Assembly: GCA_013265495.1 (NCBI GenBank)
Contig: MU060007.1
Coordinates: forward strand, 12,006,243-12,070,242
Reading direction: 5' to 3'
Length of the DNA stretch: 64,000 nucleotides
Source of the DNA: Vicugna vicugna
Lineage: Eukaryota
How positions within the stretch are numbered: the stretch's first letter is position 1; each line of letters starts with the position of its first letter. Shown one piece after another: positions 50,916 to 63,900 of this stretch. The notes under the pieces were generated by a model. That model made no database searches and was not told where the DNA came from. It was given only the letters and a program-made list of their open reading frames with translations. The position numbers and the translations under genes are program-made.

Positions 50916-51039
50916 ACAGCAAACAGTATCAGCGGTAAAACATACGTTGGTCATTGCCCCCCAAATACAGACTGTAACATAGGATATTGGAAGAAGGTCA
51001 AGAGAGGGTAGGAGTAAATATAAAGTGACAGTAAGGGAG

Positions 51040-51562
51040 TGTGTTGGTTCTCTACTGGTATATAGTAGGCGGCCTCAAAATGTAGCAGCTTGAAACAGTG
51101 AAGATGTCCTATGTCACACATTATATAAGACTCAGGACTTTAGGAGTGGCTTAGCTGGCTGGTTATGGCTCAGGGTCTCTCATAAGATTGTAGTTAATTG
51201 GCCAGGGCTACAGACATCTGAAGGCTTGACTGGGTTTGGAGGACCCACTTCCAAGATGACTCACTCACAAGGCTCTTGGCTGGAGGCCTCAGCTCCTCGC
51301 CCTGTGGGCCCCTCCACGGGCTGTGTGTATAATCAAACACACCGCAGTTAACTTCCAGCAGAGCAGGTATTCCAAGAGGGAGAAAGGCAGAGCTGTGGTA
51401 CCTTTTATGACCTGGTTTTCAAAATTGTACACCGTCACTTCCACCATTTTTCACTTCCTTAAAAAGGAGTCACTGAGTCCAGCCCATACACAAGAGGAGG
51501 AGAGTTAGGCTTCACCTTGTAAAGGAACTGTTAGATTTGTGGACCTGTTTGACACCACCACA
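51040..51562 (+). mobile_element. MaLR solo LTR (MLT1F/H-like)
   Basis: GGCTTAGCTGGCTGGTTATGGCTCAGGGTCTCTCAT...CATCTGAAGGCTTGACTGGG...CCACTTCCAAGATG...CACCACCACA. Confidence 0.85.
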
Positions 51563-52221
51563 GACAACAGGGGAGAACTGACAAACGTAGCCTCCTGGGG
51601 AATCGACTGTACAGTCAAGTCCACGTGCATTTATCGAATGCTGCTGTTTGTAAAGAGAGAGTGGGAAAAGCTTCCAGCTTCGCTGTTTAGGGGTAGAGTG
51701 ACCATGGAAAAATCATTTCACCCTCTGTGCCTCAGTTTATTTCCTGGTAAAGTGATGGTTGAATTAGATAATCCCTAAAGTCTCATATATGCACAGAACA
51801 GTGCCTGGCCCATAGTAGATGTTCAGTAAATGCTGGTTGATTGACTCTCAACTGACTGAACTCCAATGCAAGGGTGTGAAATAGTACTGTGCTAAAAATA
51901 GCCTGAGATTGTACTCAATCTTTAAAGAAAATCATTCATTTTTAGAAGTATTATAACAAAAACTAATTTTTTAAGTGCTTGCTGTATGTCAGGCATTGTA
52001 CTAGGTGCTCTAAAAAGGATTATCTTGTTTAATATAATTTTAAAATAACTAGAGGTAATGTTTATAAAATCTGTTCCATCTTAATTGTAAAAGTTTTCAC
52101 TTCTTACATTTTTTAAAATATCTGGTCTTTTCCCAAGCATAAAATTACTTAAATCAAGAAAATAAAAAAGAAGAAATATTTTATGTCTTTTTAAAAAGTT
52201 AATCAGAGAAATAATCCAAGT

Positions 52222-52401
52222 NNNNNNNNNNNNNNNNNNNNNNNNNNNNNNNNNNNNNNNNNNNNNNNNNNNNNNNNNNNNNNNNNNNNNNNNNNNNNNN
52301 NNNNNNNNNNNNNNNNNNNNNNNNNNNNNNNNNNNNNNNNNNNNNNNNNNNNNNNNNNNNNNNNNNNNNNNNNNNNNNNNNNNNNNNNNNNNNNNNNNNN
52401 N
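52222..52401. other. Assembly gap (180 N)
   Basis: N run adjacent to an L1M fragment. Confidence 0.99.
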
Positions 52402-52650
52402 ATCAAAAACAGACAAACTCATAGAGACACAAAGTACTTAAGAGGTTATGAGGGGCTGAGGGGAGGTGAAAATGAGAGTATATTCAATGGCTAGAGTTCC
52501 TTTGGGGTGATTAAAAAAAAGTTTTGGAAATAGTGGTGATGGCTGCATAATACTGTGAATGTAATGAATGTCACTAAACTGTATACTTAAAATTGTTCAA
52601 AATGGCAAATTTTATGTTATATATGTATATATATTTTTTTAAACCACAAT
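52402..52650 (+). mobile_element. Old L1M 3' end, sense
   Basis: TTTGGGGTGATTAAAAAAAAGTTTTGGAAATAGTGGTGATGGCTGCATAATACTGTGAATGTAATGAATGTCACTAAACTGTATACTTAAA is typical of an L1MB/MC 3' UTR. Confidence 0.8.
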
Positions 52651-52799
52651 ATAGACAAATGGAGGTGGGGAGGGCATCAGAGAGATCCTGGACTGGGAAG
52701 TAGGGAGAAAGTAGAAATCAGCAGAGGAGTGGGTAGGTCCTCCAACCTACTTTAACCAAAGTAGCTGCACTTCATTTTATAGAGAGTACTTCCATGTAA

Positions 52800-53005
52800 G
52801 ACAGAACTAATTTGGTGATAGAATTTAGTTCTTTCCTGGGGGGGGGGATGCTGACTAGGGAAGGACATACTGAAGAATTTGGGGGTTCAGAAAGTGCTCT
52901 ATGTCTTTATCTGGTGTCTTTACATGGGTGTATCCATATGTAAAAATTCACTGAGAGGTATACTTAATGCACTTTACAGTTTATATGTTATACCTAATTA
53001 AAAAG
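52800..53005 (+). mobile_element. L1ME-type 3' end
   Basis: GGATGCTGACTAGGGAAGGACATAC...TTACATGGGTGTATCCATATGTAAAAATTCACTGAG resembles an L1ME 3' UTR. Confidence 0.65.
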
Positions 53006-56000
53006 TACTTTTTAACAAAAAATATCTGCTCTTAGCGCAGAAAGAGCATGTTACCAAACTGTACTCGGAACACACAAACATTTGTTAATAAAACATTTTA
53101 AATGCTGCAAGGAGGTATGCTATTTGAAGAAAATTTTTTTGTGAATCCTTTCGAAAACACAAATTTGGGGGTTTTGTAGTTACAAAACCTGAATACATCA
53201 ATTTGAGTTTCCTAAACTGAGATTTTGCTACCCAGGTGTTCCTGAAGGAGTCATAGCCATATATTGGTGCTGGGGGAGGGGCACAGAGACCAGGAAATGA
53301 CACAAACAAAACTGAAGGTATGGCCTCTGCCCCTAAGAGCCTTATGATTGGATGTTGTGGTATGAATTTTTTTTCCAGCTCAACAGTATTTTAAGAACAT
53401 TCCAGCCAATACTAAATGTATTGAAGTAGTAATTATCCTTCCCAATCTCCACTTAAACTTTAAAATGTATTTTTTTTTTTGTCCAAGCAGAGAATAGTCA
53501 TCGCTTGTATGGATTGATTAATTTTCAGGCCATTGAGAGACCAGCCTGCTCACCGTGGCTGTCACCCTTACTGATCACCAAGAGCAGGTAGGTTTGACTG
53601 ATGTAGAGGTAGGTACCTGCCACATCCCTTTCACTTTTAGCCCCATGGGAGCCACCTACCAGATGGCACAAAGCAGAGGAGAGCAGTGCCTCATGCTGCC
53701 CTGGGCCTGACGTCAGGGCTCTGTGACCATCAGGGAACCGGAGAGACAATTTCATTCTCAAACTAATTCACCCAAGTAACCAATCACTGAGGTTAAGATC
53801 TTTCATTTAATAAGCTTTATTATTTTTCTGACAATAGAGATAACACATATCACTGTAAGAATTTTAGAAAATACAGAAAACACATTAAAGAAAATTAAGC
53901 AATCGATACACCACCCACCCAGAGATAGCCATCATTCACCTTTTTTTACACCCCTATAAGAGAGTATTTAAGTAACCCCCTTGGTTGGTTTCCATATCCC
54001 ACTGTACCCAACTGAACCTTCATTGGAGACTCAAGATGGTAGATAAATAAAATATCTGCTTTTGGAAATCTTAATTTTAATCCCATGAATGAAGCATAGA
54101 TGATCCCAGGATTGTTACCCCAAAGGGACATAACTTCTCCCCACTCCCCTTCCCTCCCTCCCTCTCCATGAGTCTCAACAGAGGACCTGGGCACAGAGGG
54201 GCCAACCTGCTGTCAATCAAACCGGCAAATAGGCACCAGCCTCTTGTTCACACTAGCATCTTACTGAGCAGAGCAGAGGGGCTCGACATAAACATGCATG
54301 CTCCTCCTCTCGTAGGGAAACAGGAATTACTTTGCTTTTATTTACTTTAAATGAATTTTGAATTGCCCTTTTGCCAGCGTTTTGTAGCAGAGTCCATACT
54401 GGGATACGTACTGGAGGCCAGGACAGGGGCAGGAGGGGTGCATCGGATCAGACCCCACTCCCAGGATCAGACTTAGCTACCAGGGAGCACAGATGGGAGG
54501 CCCAGCAGACTGGAGGAGGAGGTCCCAGACAGGGCAGAGAGGAGGGGGCTCAGAGTCAGCGGAAATGCCCCTTAATGCCTGGCAAAGGAATTCATTTTAC
54601 CCGAATTTTTGCTTCTTGTTTTCTTACACCCGTGAGAGCAGTGAGTTCTTTCTGAACTATTTTTAAATTTGATTAGAGGATCCTCTTAATCTGTGAAGAA
54701 AGCAGCTGGTTTGGTCTGAAGACCACCCAAAAGGGTGGCTGGTTTTTCCTGGTTGTTAAACCAGGGCTTGAATCAAAGTGTTCAGATACAGGTAACAGAA
54801 ATATGTGGCCTCAACATACGGGACCAGGAGACGGGCCCCTCCCGGGGGACCTGCCTGTGTCCTGTCACTGAAGTCCTCAGAAGCTCCTTCCCCCCAAAAG
54901 TGATGTGAACTCTGCAGGACCAGGAGGATGTCCCCACAGCCCCATGCAGCTCCCCCCAGACCTCTGTGGCTCACATAGGCTGTGTTCACTGCTGGGCATC
55001 TTAATGTGGTACTTTTCTTTAAATTCACATCTTTACCAGAATAAGTAATTTAAAGAGATGCTTCTTTTTTTAACCACCATGGTAAGGGTAAAACTAATGG
55101 CATGGGTAGTCATAAAAATACATACAATAAATACTTCCAATAAATAAATATGTTGCTATTAAATTGGAGCTAGGAACTGTTCGTGGCCTGGAAGGAAAGA
55201 TAGAGTATTGAAGAATGAATAACCTTTTCACTAAATGATTCAATGTCATGAGTGCCAAGGCCGTGACTCAGGCAACACTGGCTTGGAGACAAGGATCCCT
55301 GAGGGCCGGCCTGCCGTCTCTGGGGTGTGTCCAGGCCCCACGGTGGTGCTGGGTGTTTGCTCCATGGTGACTGGTAACTACTTGGTGATGTGCTACTGTC
55401 CCTTCCGTCTGCCATTTCCTCCAAGAAGAATCACAGCTGCACGTTTCTTCTAACAGTTTGTTTTGCTCGTGTGCCTAGAGACCCCAAAGCAAGGGAGGCA
55501 TTTGAAATGAGTTAAATGTATAAACACAAGAAGAAACCAACATACACATCCTCTTTAATACAGTAGGAAAATCACAGAGGATCCCACCAAAGGAAGAAGC
55601 CAGGAAAGTCAATAAATAAGTTGGAGGAGATGCAACATACAGAGATGAAATAAACACTGAGAGGAAGAAAAAAGAGGCAACATGGAAGTTCTTGGGCTCA
55701 GAAGTTCCCTGAGCCTCTGTTTCCAGGATTGTAATCTGTGGTCCCAGGGATCGTAAAGCCAACCTCCCAGGAGACTCGGTGTCACCAATGCCTGGAAATG
55801 GCTCCTGACCTGCCTCACAGCCTGCTCAGGCCCCCTGGGTGCCCACGTGGGCCTCATCTAGGTACTGTAATTTAGCACATCAGCTGTGTCATATCTTGCT
55901 AATTATAGGGGCAAGGCAAGGAATTAACCTTCCTGGAACGCCAGACACCATTTTACTTTTACAATAGCTACTTAACTCCTCGCAGTAATATCTAATCACT

Positions 56001-59000
56001 AGGTAAATGGTTTTGCCATTTTAGAAACCATCTTGCGTGAAGTCACACAGCCAGTAGAGTTGGAATTGGAGCCCGTAGCTCTTAAAAAGCCCTGGCTCTC
56101 TACTATGTTTCCCTGCAACCTCGGGTCCTCACCTTCCCGCCCTTCCTTTGTCCTGTGCCTTTAAGGATTATTTGTAGGAAGTCCTCTTCTGACCACTCAG
56201 GACCGGGGAGGCTCTGGTGAGTGATACTTAAAGCTAGAGTTAAGCCCATCAGCCCTGCACAGGGCCTGGGGTGAGTGGAGGGCAGGGAAGCCAGTGAGGA
56301 GGCTAGCGGACCAGTTTAGTAAGAAGTGATGACAGCGAAAGAGGTATGAGAACAGGAGGAGAAAACGCTAACTGGAGGCTTAGAAAAGGAGTTGGGATTA
56401 GCCTGGAGAGGAAGTTTATTAATGTTTTTCATATATTTCATAGGAAAAGCGCCTTCCCCTACACAAGTCCCTGAGGCTGGTTACTATCCTGTGTGTGGAC
56501 GCACAGGCAAAACCAACAGCACCATGCTGATTGCAGGAGGAGCAGGACGATTTGCAGGTGGGTTCTCCAAGCACACTGCAGCTTCTGGTGCGGGTGCTGC
56601 CTGGAAAATGGAATTTCACATCCAGTCTTGTTCTATGACCCGTTAGCACCAACCAGTTTTTCACTTTTAGTTACATCAGTTACCATCTTGCCGAATTCTG
56701 GAGGAGATAATGGTTCTTACTAGCAACTTCGTAGTGGTTCTGACCGACTACTGTCCTTTATACAAAATCAGTAGAGCCTCATTCCAGCTCTGTGTTTAGG
56801 GCTCTGAGATGAAGAGTAACAAACCCTTCAGATACATGGGATATTTTGTAAAGTTCTATCGTCATGATTTATCTTTGGGGATTGGGATGATAGAGGTAAT
56901 GCGGAGGTTACCCTGTGTGTGTGAACTTTCTTACTAGGAATACTGTTTTGTGGGTATTGTTTTCTCTTTGAAAAGAGGAACAAATAATGACTACGTTTAG
57001 GTTCAGATGATATATTTTGGTTTAAAATGTTACAGAAATTAGAGGGCTCCGTACTAAGTCAATGGGGCCTGATTAGAGAAAAGCTTTGATTTCTATACTT
57101 AAACGTCGTTGCCTTAAGTCAAAAAGTTAAGCAGCTGAGCCATGATAATTACGCCCACAACTCCTCTTAAGGGTTGGGAAGAAAAAATGTCTGTGAGAGG
57201 CAATTCCCTGCGTCTCACGCAGCAGTGGTGGGAGGTGGGGGGTGGGGTCTGCCCCTGAAGGCAGGATCTGGTCTGGAGCTGCAGGAGCGCTGGGCTTCTG
57301 CTGGCTTTTTACTAAGTTATCCCCATGATCGCCCCTGCGCTGACTCACCAGTTACTAAGCACAGCCAAGCCAAGGTGTAGCCAGTCCGTCCCCAGACCAG
57401 GAGAAAGCCTTCTTGGGGCAGGGATGGCAGGAGGGAGAAATGAGCAGATAATGCCATCACCCTCTCTTCCTGTCACTAGCATTTTACGTACAACACCAGC
57501 AGGGAGTAGAACTTGACCTTTACTTATTATTACACAATTTAAAAATTCTTGCTGGTTGGACGGACCTTAAAATGGTCCATTATTTTGTGTTTTTTTCCAT
57601 GCCAGGAGATTAGAATTTTCCAAATATTTATTGGCCCCTATGGCTCTTTGTTGAGTGGACTGATCAGCCCCCTCTCCCCTCCCCTATCTCTCCCGCCTGG
57701 GCCTAGAGGGAGGGGGAGGGGGAGGGACAGGAGCCCCAGTTGAGGCTAGTGCAAGGCACAACCAGCCTTTGTTTGGACCTGAACCGTCATCTCAGCTGAG
57801 GCTGCTGGTTTCCAGGTGGTGCCTCTCAAGTGGTCAATTGCCTCTGCTTTACATTCAGTCTTTGGACCCGCGTCAGGAGGCAGGCCAAAGTAAAGAGGTA
57901 GAGAGGGAATGGGCAAGATCCTCTTCCTTTCTCGTGGACAGAGCCAAAGTGAGACTTGTGAGCCCCCTGGGAAGGCTAATGATTTGGCACCCCTTTAAAG
58001 TAATGTTCTTTTAAGATTGGAATATTAATATTGGAATAGGAGCACTGGACGCTGGGGGGAGGGGCAGAGCTGAAGAGGGAAAGCCGCCGGCCAGTCGCTC
58101 CTCTGTGATTGAAAATTCAGCGAGTCTGGTCCAGTGGCACACCCCACTTGGCAGAGCACAAGCCCTACGGGCCACAGACTCGCCCTTCTTAGAGGCAGTT
58201 TAACAACCCCATGCCTTATGAAGCGTACGCCTTGGGGTGATCGCACCCCTGTAGGCCAGATCCCACCCAGCCCCCCGCAGGAGCAGAGTTTAGATGATTA
58301 CAACTCTCTCCCCCTGGCAACGGTGCTTTCACACCTTCAGGCCCTCATCCATGGGCTCGCCCATCCCTGAGTCTGGATTTATTCTGCAGGGACCCCTGAA
58401 GCCCCTTTCTTCCAAGCGAGCCTCAGTGGAGAAGGGTTGTTGCTCTCTATATAAACAACTTACTGTAGCTGAAAACTTTCATTCCACTTTTAGCCTTTCC
58501 TTTCCCGCTGTGAATCATCCCAGGGCCTTTCATCTGACTTCCTCAACTTCTGTCAGCTCTTGCAATCTGCCAGCACTCCCGTGATTCCAGCCTTAACACA
58601 GGCTAAGCCCTCTGCAGAGTTCTCTTCTCTTTCTCCTTGGCTGGACCGGCTCATCCTTCAGGTGTAAACTCTAAGGTCCCTTCCTCTGGGGAGGTTCCCC
58701 TCTGGCCCTGCTGACCTGGAACGGTATTCCTGACTTGCCCATCTCCTGTGAGAGAGGACATCACACTGTATTGTTACTCATGTAAGAATCTCTATCTTCC
58801 CCACCAGGCGGAAGTCTAACGTCTGGTTTGTTTAATGGACTATCTTGGTCTCATCGAGCAGCACTTGGCACTCAGACAGGACTAGTTGAATGAACGTTCC
58901 TTGTATTGAATTCAAAGGACCTAACCACCTTCCGATTTCAGAAGGACGTTGCAGCCCCTGACTTCAAAGTCGGGCCCTTGCTCCCAACCCTTCCATCCTA

Positions 59001-59694
59001 CCTGCTGATGGTGTTTACTCAGCCTGACAGCAGCCCCACCCTGCTGCCCGCTCTGGAGAAGTGTGTGTCTGGAAGGTTGTCTTCAAAGGATTTTGTTTGA
59101 ATCAGCTGGAAGGACTTCAGCGCCTTCATCAAATCAGGCTGAACATTACACTGTCCAGACTGCACAGGCAGGTTTTGTTTACACTGGGATCTCCTCCAAG
59201 ATATCAGCTGATGGCTTCAAACACTTTTTATGGTCCACATTTGGACAGACTCAGATTTTCCTCCTTCATCTTCCAAACCCTCTCTAAGATTTTCCCCCTT
59301 CATTTGTTCAACATTTCTTGCAAATGCTTTTCCTTGTGTGACTTTCCCTGCAGAAAACTGACGGGGTAGCTCACACTTAGTGCAGAGAAGTCTTGCCGAC
59401 GCCAAGGACTGGCTGCAAAGGGCAGGTGGCATGTTTCCTGATGCTCTTTAGTTATTGATCCATCTTTAAGAGGCTTTTCTCCTTCCACAGGGTGAGAGTG
59501 GGTGGGGACTTTTTGATGCAGATACAGTGGAGGTAAACTAGTGGTTTCCTTAAGGAAGGTGGGGTTGGAAATTTTTTTACAAGATGGGAGTTGGGATTAT
59601 AGAGATCCAAGCTTAGTCACCGAGGTGCAGACTAGGATAGCATGAACCTTGGTAAGAAGTGTTAAGACATGGATGTATTTAAAACACACATATA

Positions 59695-59797
59695 CATTTG
59701 TTGAGCACCTACTGTGTACGCCAGTGTCTGGCACCATAGGTAACAAAGATACATAAGCTGTGGTCCTTACCCTGAAGGAGCTCACAGTCTGTTAGGA
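59695..59797 (-). mobile_element. L2 3' end fragment
   Basis: CATTTGTTGAGCACCTACTGTGTACGCCAG...GGTCCTTACCCTGAAGGAGCTCACAGTCTG. Confidence 0.75.
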
Positions 59798-60081
59798 CGA
59801 TGAAAATACAGGATGGCGAAGGCCACAAAGAGGTGAGAGCGTGGGAGCCAGGGGCAGGGAGAGCAGAACCACGTGGGTTACACGCATGTCCCCTGACCTG
59901 GCCACACTGATAGTGACTGTGGCAGTGGGACCTAGAAAGCCAACTAAAGAAAAACCCTCAAATCCCTGGAGCCCAAGATCACATCTTCATGGCCATCACG
60001 ATTGTCTGGAGAGTCTCCTGTTTTTCTCTCAGCTAGACTCAAAAGCCAGGGAAATGACCTGCATACAATACCCCAGCCCCA

Positions 60082-60938
60082 TGTATTAATTATCTATTGC
60101 TGTGTAACAAATTCCTGCAAAGTTACATCTGGAAACCAAAAAAAAATCTAGTATCTTGTGAAACAAAAACCGTTGCCCACCACTGAGGTCTCAACTAAGG
60201 GTCAAGTCACCAGCCACTGCAGCTGCTGATCGACAGTGCACTGTGAAGGGAACTCAGGAGGAGGCACTCTGTGCTTTGGTAAAAAGACCCCTTAGAAAGT
60301 TAGAGGGAGCTCAGGAAAACTTTTTATGTGAACCTGGATTCCTGCATCTTCCAAGACTTAGAAAAGCACTGCAACCACTCGTGGAGAGAGTTCCTGGGGA
60401 CTAGCAGTGACCCTCTACAGAGATGTGCGCCTGAGCACACAGAGTCCTTAGCCAAAGGCACGTGGATACTGGCCTCCCCCTGCCTCGTCAGTGCGGTTCC
60501 TCAGAGCTCTCTGAGAGACCACCTCCTGGGCTGGAGTCCTCAGTAAGACATTGAGTAACACTGAACAACTCCCAGCGCTTACATTGTGTGTGTTTTTTTT
60601 TCCAGTGGACAATGTGACTGAATTCAGTCCTCCAGTTTCTGAGGGTCAGAAATCTGGGGGCATCTTGCTGGTGTGTCTCTGGCTAAGGTTTCTCATGGGG
60701 TGGCCATCTCAACTGAAGACTCGACTGAATCGGGGGTGGTAGGATTCAAGTGTGAGCGCGAGTACACAGTCATTTATAACCTAATTTCTCAGAAAGGACA
60801 CCCATTACTTCTGTCATGTTCTGTTTGTTAGAAGCTAGTCACTAAACCCAGCCTGTCCTCAAAGGGAGCGGATTACTCGGGGATATGGATACGGGGGGGC
60901 AGGGGTCCCTGGGGCCATCTTAGGGGCTGCCCACCACA
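60082..60938 (+). mobile_element. MaLR LTR (MLT1-type) split into 60082-60156 and 60612-60938 by an ERV1 LTR
   Basis: Starts TGTATTAATTATCTATTGCTGTGTAACAAATT, resumes CAGTTTCTGAGGGTCAGAAATCTGGG and ends GGGGCCATCTTAGGGGCTGCCCACCACA. TSD CCCCA/CCCCT. Confidence 0.85.
60157..60611 (-). mobile_element. ERV1-class solo LTR, 455 bp
   Basis: Minus strand TGTCCACTGG...GTTTCACA. Blocks CTGAGGACTCCAGCCCAGGAGG...CTCTCAGAGAGCTCTGAGGAAC and CTTTTCTAAGTCTTGGAAGATGCAGG resemble recalled ungulate ERV1 LTRs. 4-bp flanks ATCT/ATGT. Confidence 0.75.
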
Positions 60939-63900
60939 CCCCTCCCCCCTGCCCCGTTCTCCTCCGGGTCTCATTGCTTCCTTCCCATTTCAGGCTGTGC
61001 TTATGGAAAGGACTGGTGATTGCTTCCCTTTTTCCTCTATGTCACCATGAGTGGGGAATGGTCTTAGATCCTAACAGGACATAAGGTTGGCTGTTCTGCT
61101 TGTATAGGTAGGGGACCCAGAAGGCCTCGGTGGTACTGGCAGAGCCCCCCTCTCAAGAGGCCGAGTACTGAATGGAAGGTGGTAGGTTTAGGAAGAAGTC
61201 CTTTCTGGAAGTGTGTGGCTAGAGGGGAGCCACTTTTCAAATTATGACTTGAAGCCCCAGCCTGTCCCTTGATGCTGCCAAGTCATCTGCTGTCTTATAG
61301 AGATACTTGTAGTCCCTTTGCAGGCACAGGGCCAAATAGCTTTCCTATGGAATTGTGCAGTTTCTAGGGCTAAGCCTTGCTCTTACGGCCACGGAGGCCA
61401 AACTGGTCTTGGTACCTTCCCTGCCTTCCCTTTCAGACCTTCCACTCCCTTCATGGCTCTGGGACTCAGCATAGTCACCCTTAGCCCCTGGGCATCCTGC
61501 TCTCCTGTGAGCTCTCTGCCAGTCCAGTCAGTCCTTGCCTCCTTCTTAGCTGAGAAGCACTTAAGGTACAATTCCTTGAGGGAAGGGGTACAGGCAGACG
61601 CCCCTGATTACCCAGGGTTCAGTATCTGAGCCCCAAAGTTATAAGGTGGCCTGGGGGAGAAACAGTTGTTAGAACACAATAGTGACTGATGAACTTAGCC
61701 ACCACTCATAAAAGGTGTCATGCAAATACCCCAACCCTAATTAAACCAGCCTCTTTCCCAGCCAGCCCCATCCCCTTGACAGCCACCCTCCAGCTGATTT
61801 TCAGTGTCTTACAAACGCAGAATAAGATGCAAATCAAATGCACTTTCATTAAGGTGGAGAACTACTGCTCATGGGTAAACCCCCTAACGAGGAATTGGCA
61901 GAATTGAAGCAGGTAACAGAGGAGAGAAAATTGACAAGGACACTGACTGCACAGGCTCTTCAAAAGAAGGTGATTTGAATATCAAAGGTGGAAGAGAAGC
62001 CCTCAGGAAACTGATGAAACTCATGAATATTTTTGCAAAAATATTCCTCTTTAACTTCCTGTCCTTGAATGTGGATGAAGGAAGACATACTGTGTTGTCA
62101 TATAATGTTCTCAAACAGCTAATGCCAAAAGCCACAACTCATTCTTTTTATCCATCTAAAAATTAAGTGCACAATTCCCACACAACACAACATCCAGTTT
62201 ATAAAACAGATAAAATATATTTTTATAATTTTCAGTTTTGTTCGAAGATAAAGTTCTGATCAAACCTATTTTTTTCTCCTTACTACTTACTATGCCATTT
62301 TAGATAAGGTTGGTGAGGGCAGTGATAAGGGGCCAAAGGCAGGTCTAAGGAAGAAAAAAAAAGAATATTTTAAGCAGAGGCAACAGCTAACAGGATGTAG
62401 AATGGAACTTTTCCTGTTGTCCTAGGTGTTGGCTGAAGCTTCAAAGCTCAAGTCCATGTATGATAAGGACCCCCACATTCTAAAGAGAGGTGCTGAAGAA
62501 AATGCCACAGGACTCGAGAAGGCAAGGCTAGAGGTTCCTGAGAGAAGGTTCTTGGAAGGGAATTTGTAAGAGGAGCAAGCTGTCTTTTTCCTTCCTTCTA
62601 CATAGGGAAGGGGCTTTAGCTCCCCCGCCAAAGCAAGCAAAGAAGGGGGGGTCCAAGAGAACTTCAGGTTTGGGGATGTCTTGCAGGGAAGGGGAAAAAC
62701 TTGCCTCTCATCACATAGAAGCTTGTTGAGTGGCAAAAACATTTCAGCTTGCGTGCTGCTGCTGCCAGAGTGGAGGGAGTCAAGGGCCTTGAGAGAGCTT
62801 GCCATGTGCTTCCTAGAGTTAGGGGCCATGAGGACTGGGAGCTTGGAAAGCCGGAGGCTGGCCGGAGCGGGGTGGCGGGGTAACTCCCATACCTTAAGGG
62901 CAGCAGGGATAGTAAGATGCATTTCTGCCACTTGAAAGGCTGCGAGTGAGTAGACTTCCATGCTTGCTTGGGCGTTAGAGGGCTACCTTCTGCAGCAGGG
63001 GCCCCCGCAGAGTGGGATTGAGAGGTCAGCTGGAGAATGCAGTGTGGGAAGGCTCCGCAGTAGGGGTGGAAGAGGGTATCTCAAGAGTCACATTCATCTG
63101 CCCTGAAAAGAGGGGACTCCAGACACAGGCAAAAGCCACACACAACATACATATTGATCATCATGGCCTCTGCCCTTTTGCTCTCATTTTTCCTCATCTG
63201 CTCAGCCCTGGAGGATCCTGAAGAAGGTGGGAGGGAGGAGAATGAAGGAACAAGTCATGCCCCATCCCCACTGCAGGGTCTTAACCCCCCTGTCAGACCA
63301 GAGCCAGCAGAGGAAAGGAGCATTACATTGGAGGTGAGACTCAAGTTTGGGTGCAGATTGGAACTTTTAATACCCTAAAATGGAACTGTTCTGATATCTG
63401 AAAGTGATCAAAGTCCTGAGATCTGCTTGGAGGAATCACCAAAGAACAAGAAAGTTGATCCAGACAGAGCTCCTTCAAAAACAGTGGCAGGGAAAAAACC
63501 ATATTGACTTTTACCAAGTTCAGGTTGCTAAACTGGTGACATGTTTGAGGAAGAGGAATATTCCAGTTGCAACAGGGGAGTTTTTCCATTTTGCAAGTGC
63601 ACTTATGCTTGGCCTTCATACCCAAGACAGAGCTCCTGCCCTGAAAAAACACCCAGTCTAGTGGGAAACCTGGAAAGAAAGCAGTGATTAGAACACAGTG
63701 TCATATTGGGAGAGTGTACAGGGCACTATACAGACATAGAGGAGGGCCACCAACTCGATCCTGGGGTCTAGGCAAGGCTTCCAGTGAGGTGCTATCTTGG
63801 TTTTTATAGAAAAGAAAGAGCTGATCAGACAAAAGGGGAGGTGGGAGGTAGGGTAGAGACAGACTGGGTAGCACTGGGGAGTGTTGACAACAAATTGACT

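Larger units (their letters stand above)
48270..50935 (+). other. ARSB: ARSB 3' UTR (3' end uncertain)
   Basis: Follows the stop codon. The first canonical AATAAA I find downstream is at 50909-50914. Variant hexamers (GATAAA near 48463, AATACA near 50104) could end shorter isoforms. Confidence 0.45.

Noticed and set aside
62422-62961. 179-aa minus-strand ORF
   Set aside because: No recognisable homology, and a Ser/Leu/Pro-rich composition typical of chance ORFs in GC-rich DNA.
63150-63661. Purine-skewed segment with coding-like stretches (EESPKNKKVDPDRAP; IDFYQVQVAKLV), a possible processed pseudogene
   Set aside because: I could not match any protein, and saw no poly-A or TSD. A TBLASTX/BLASTX search would be needed, and a hit would reverse this.
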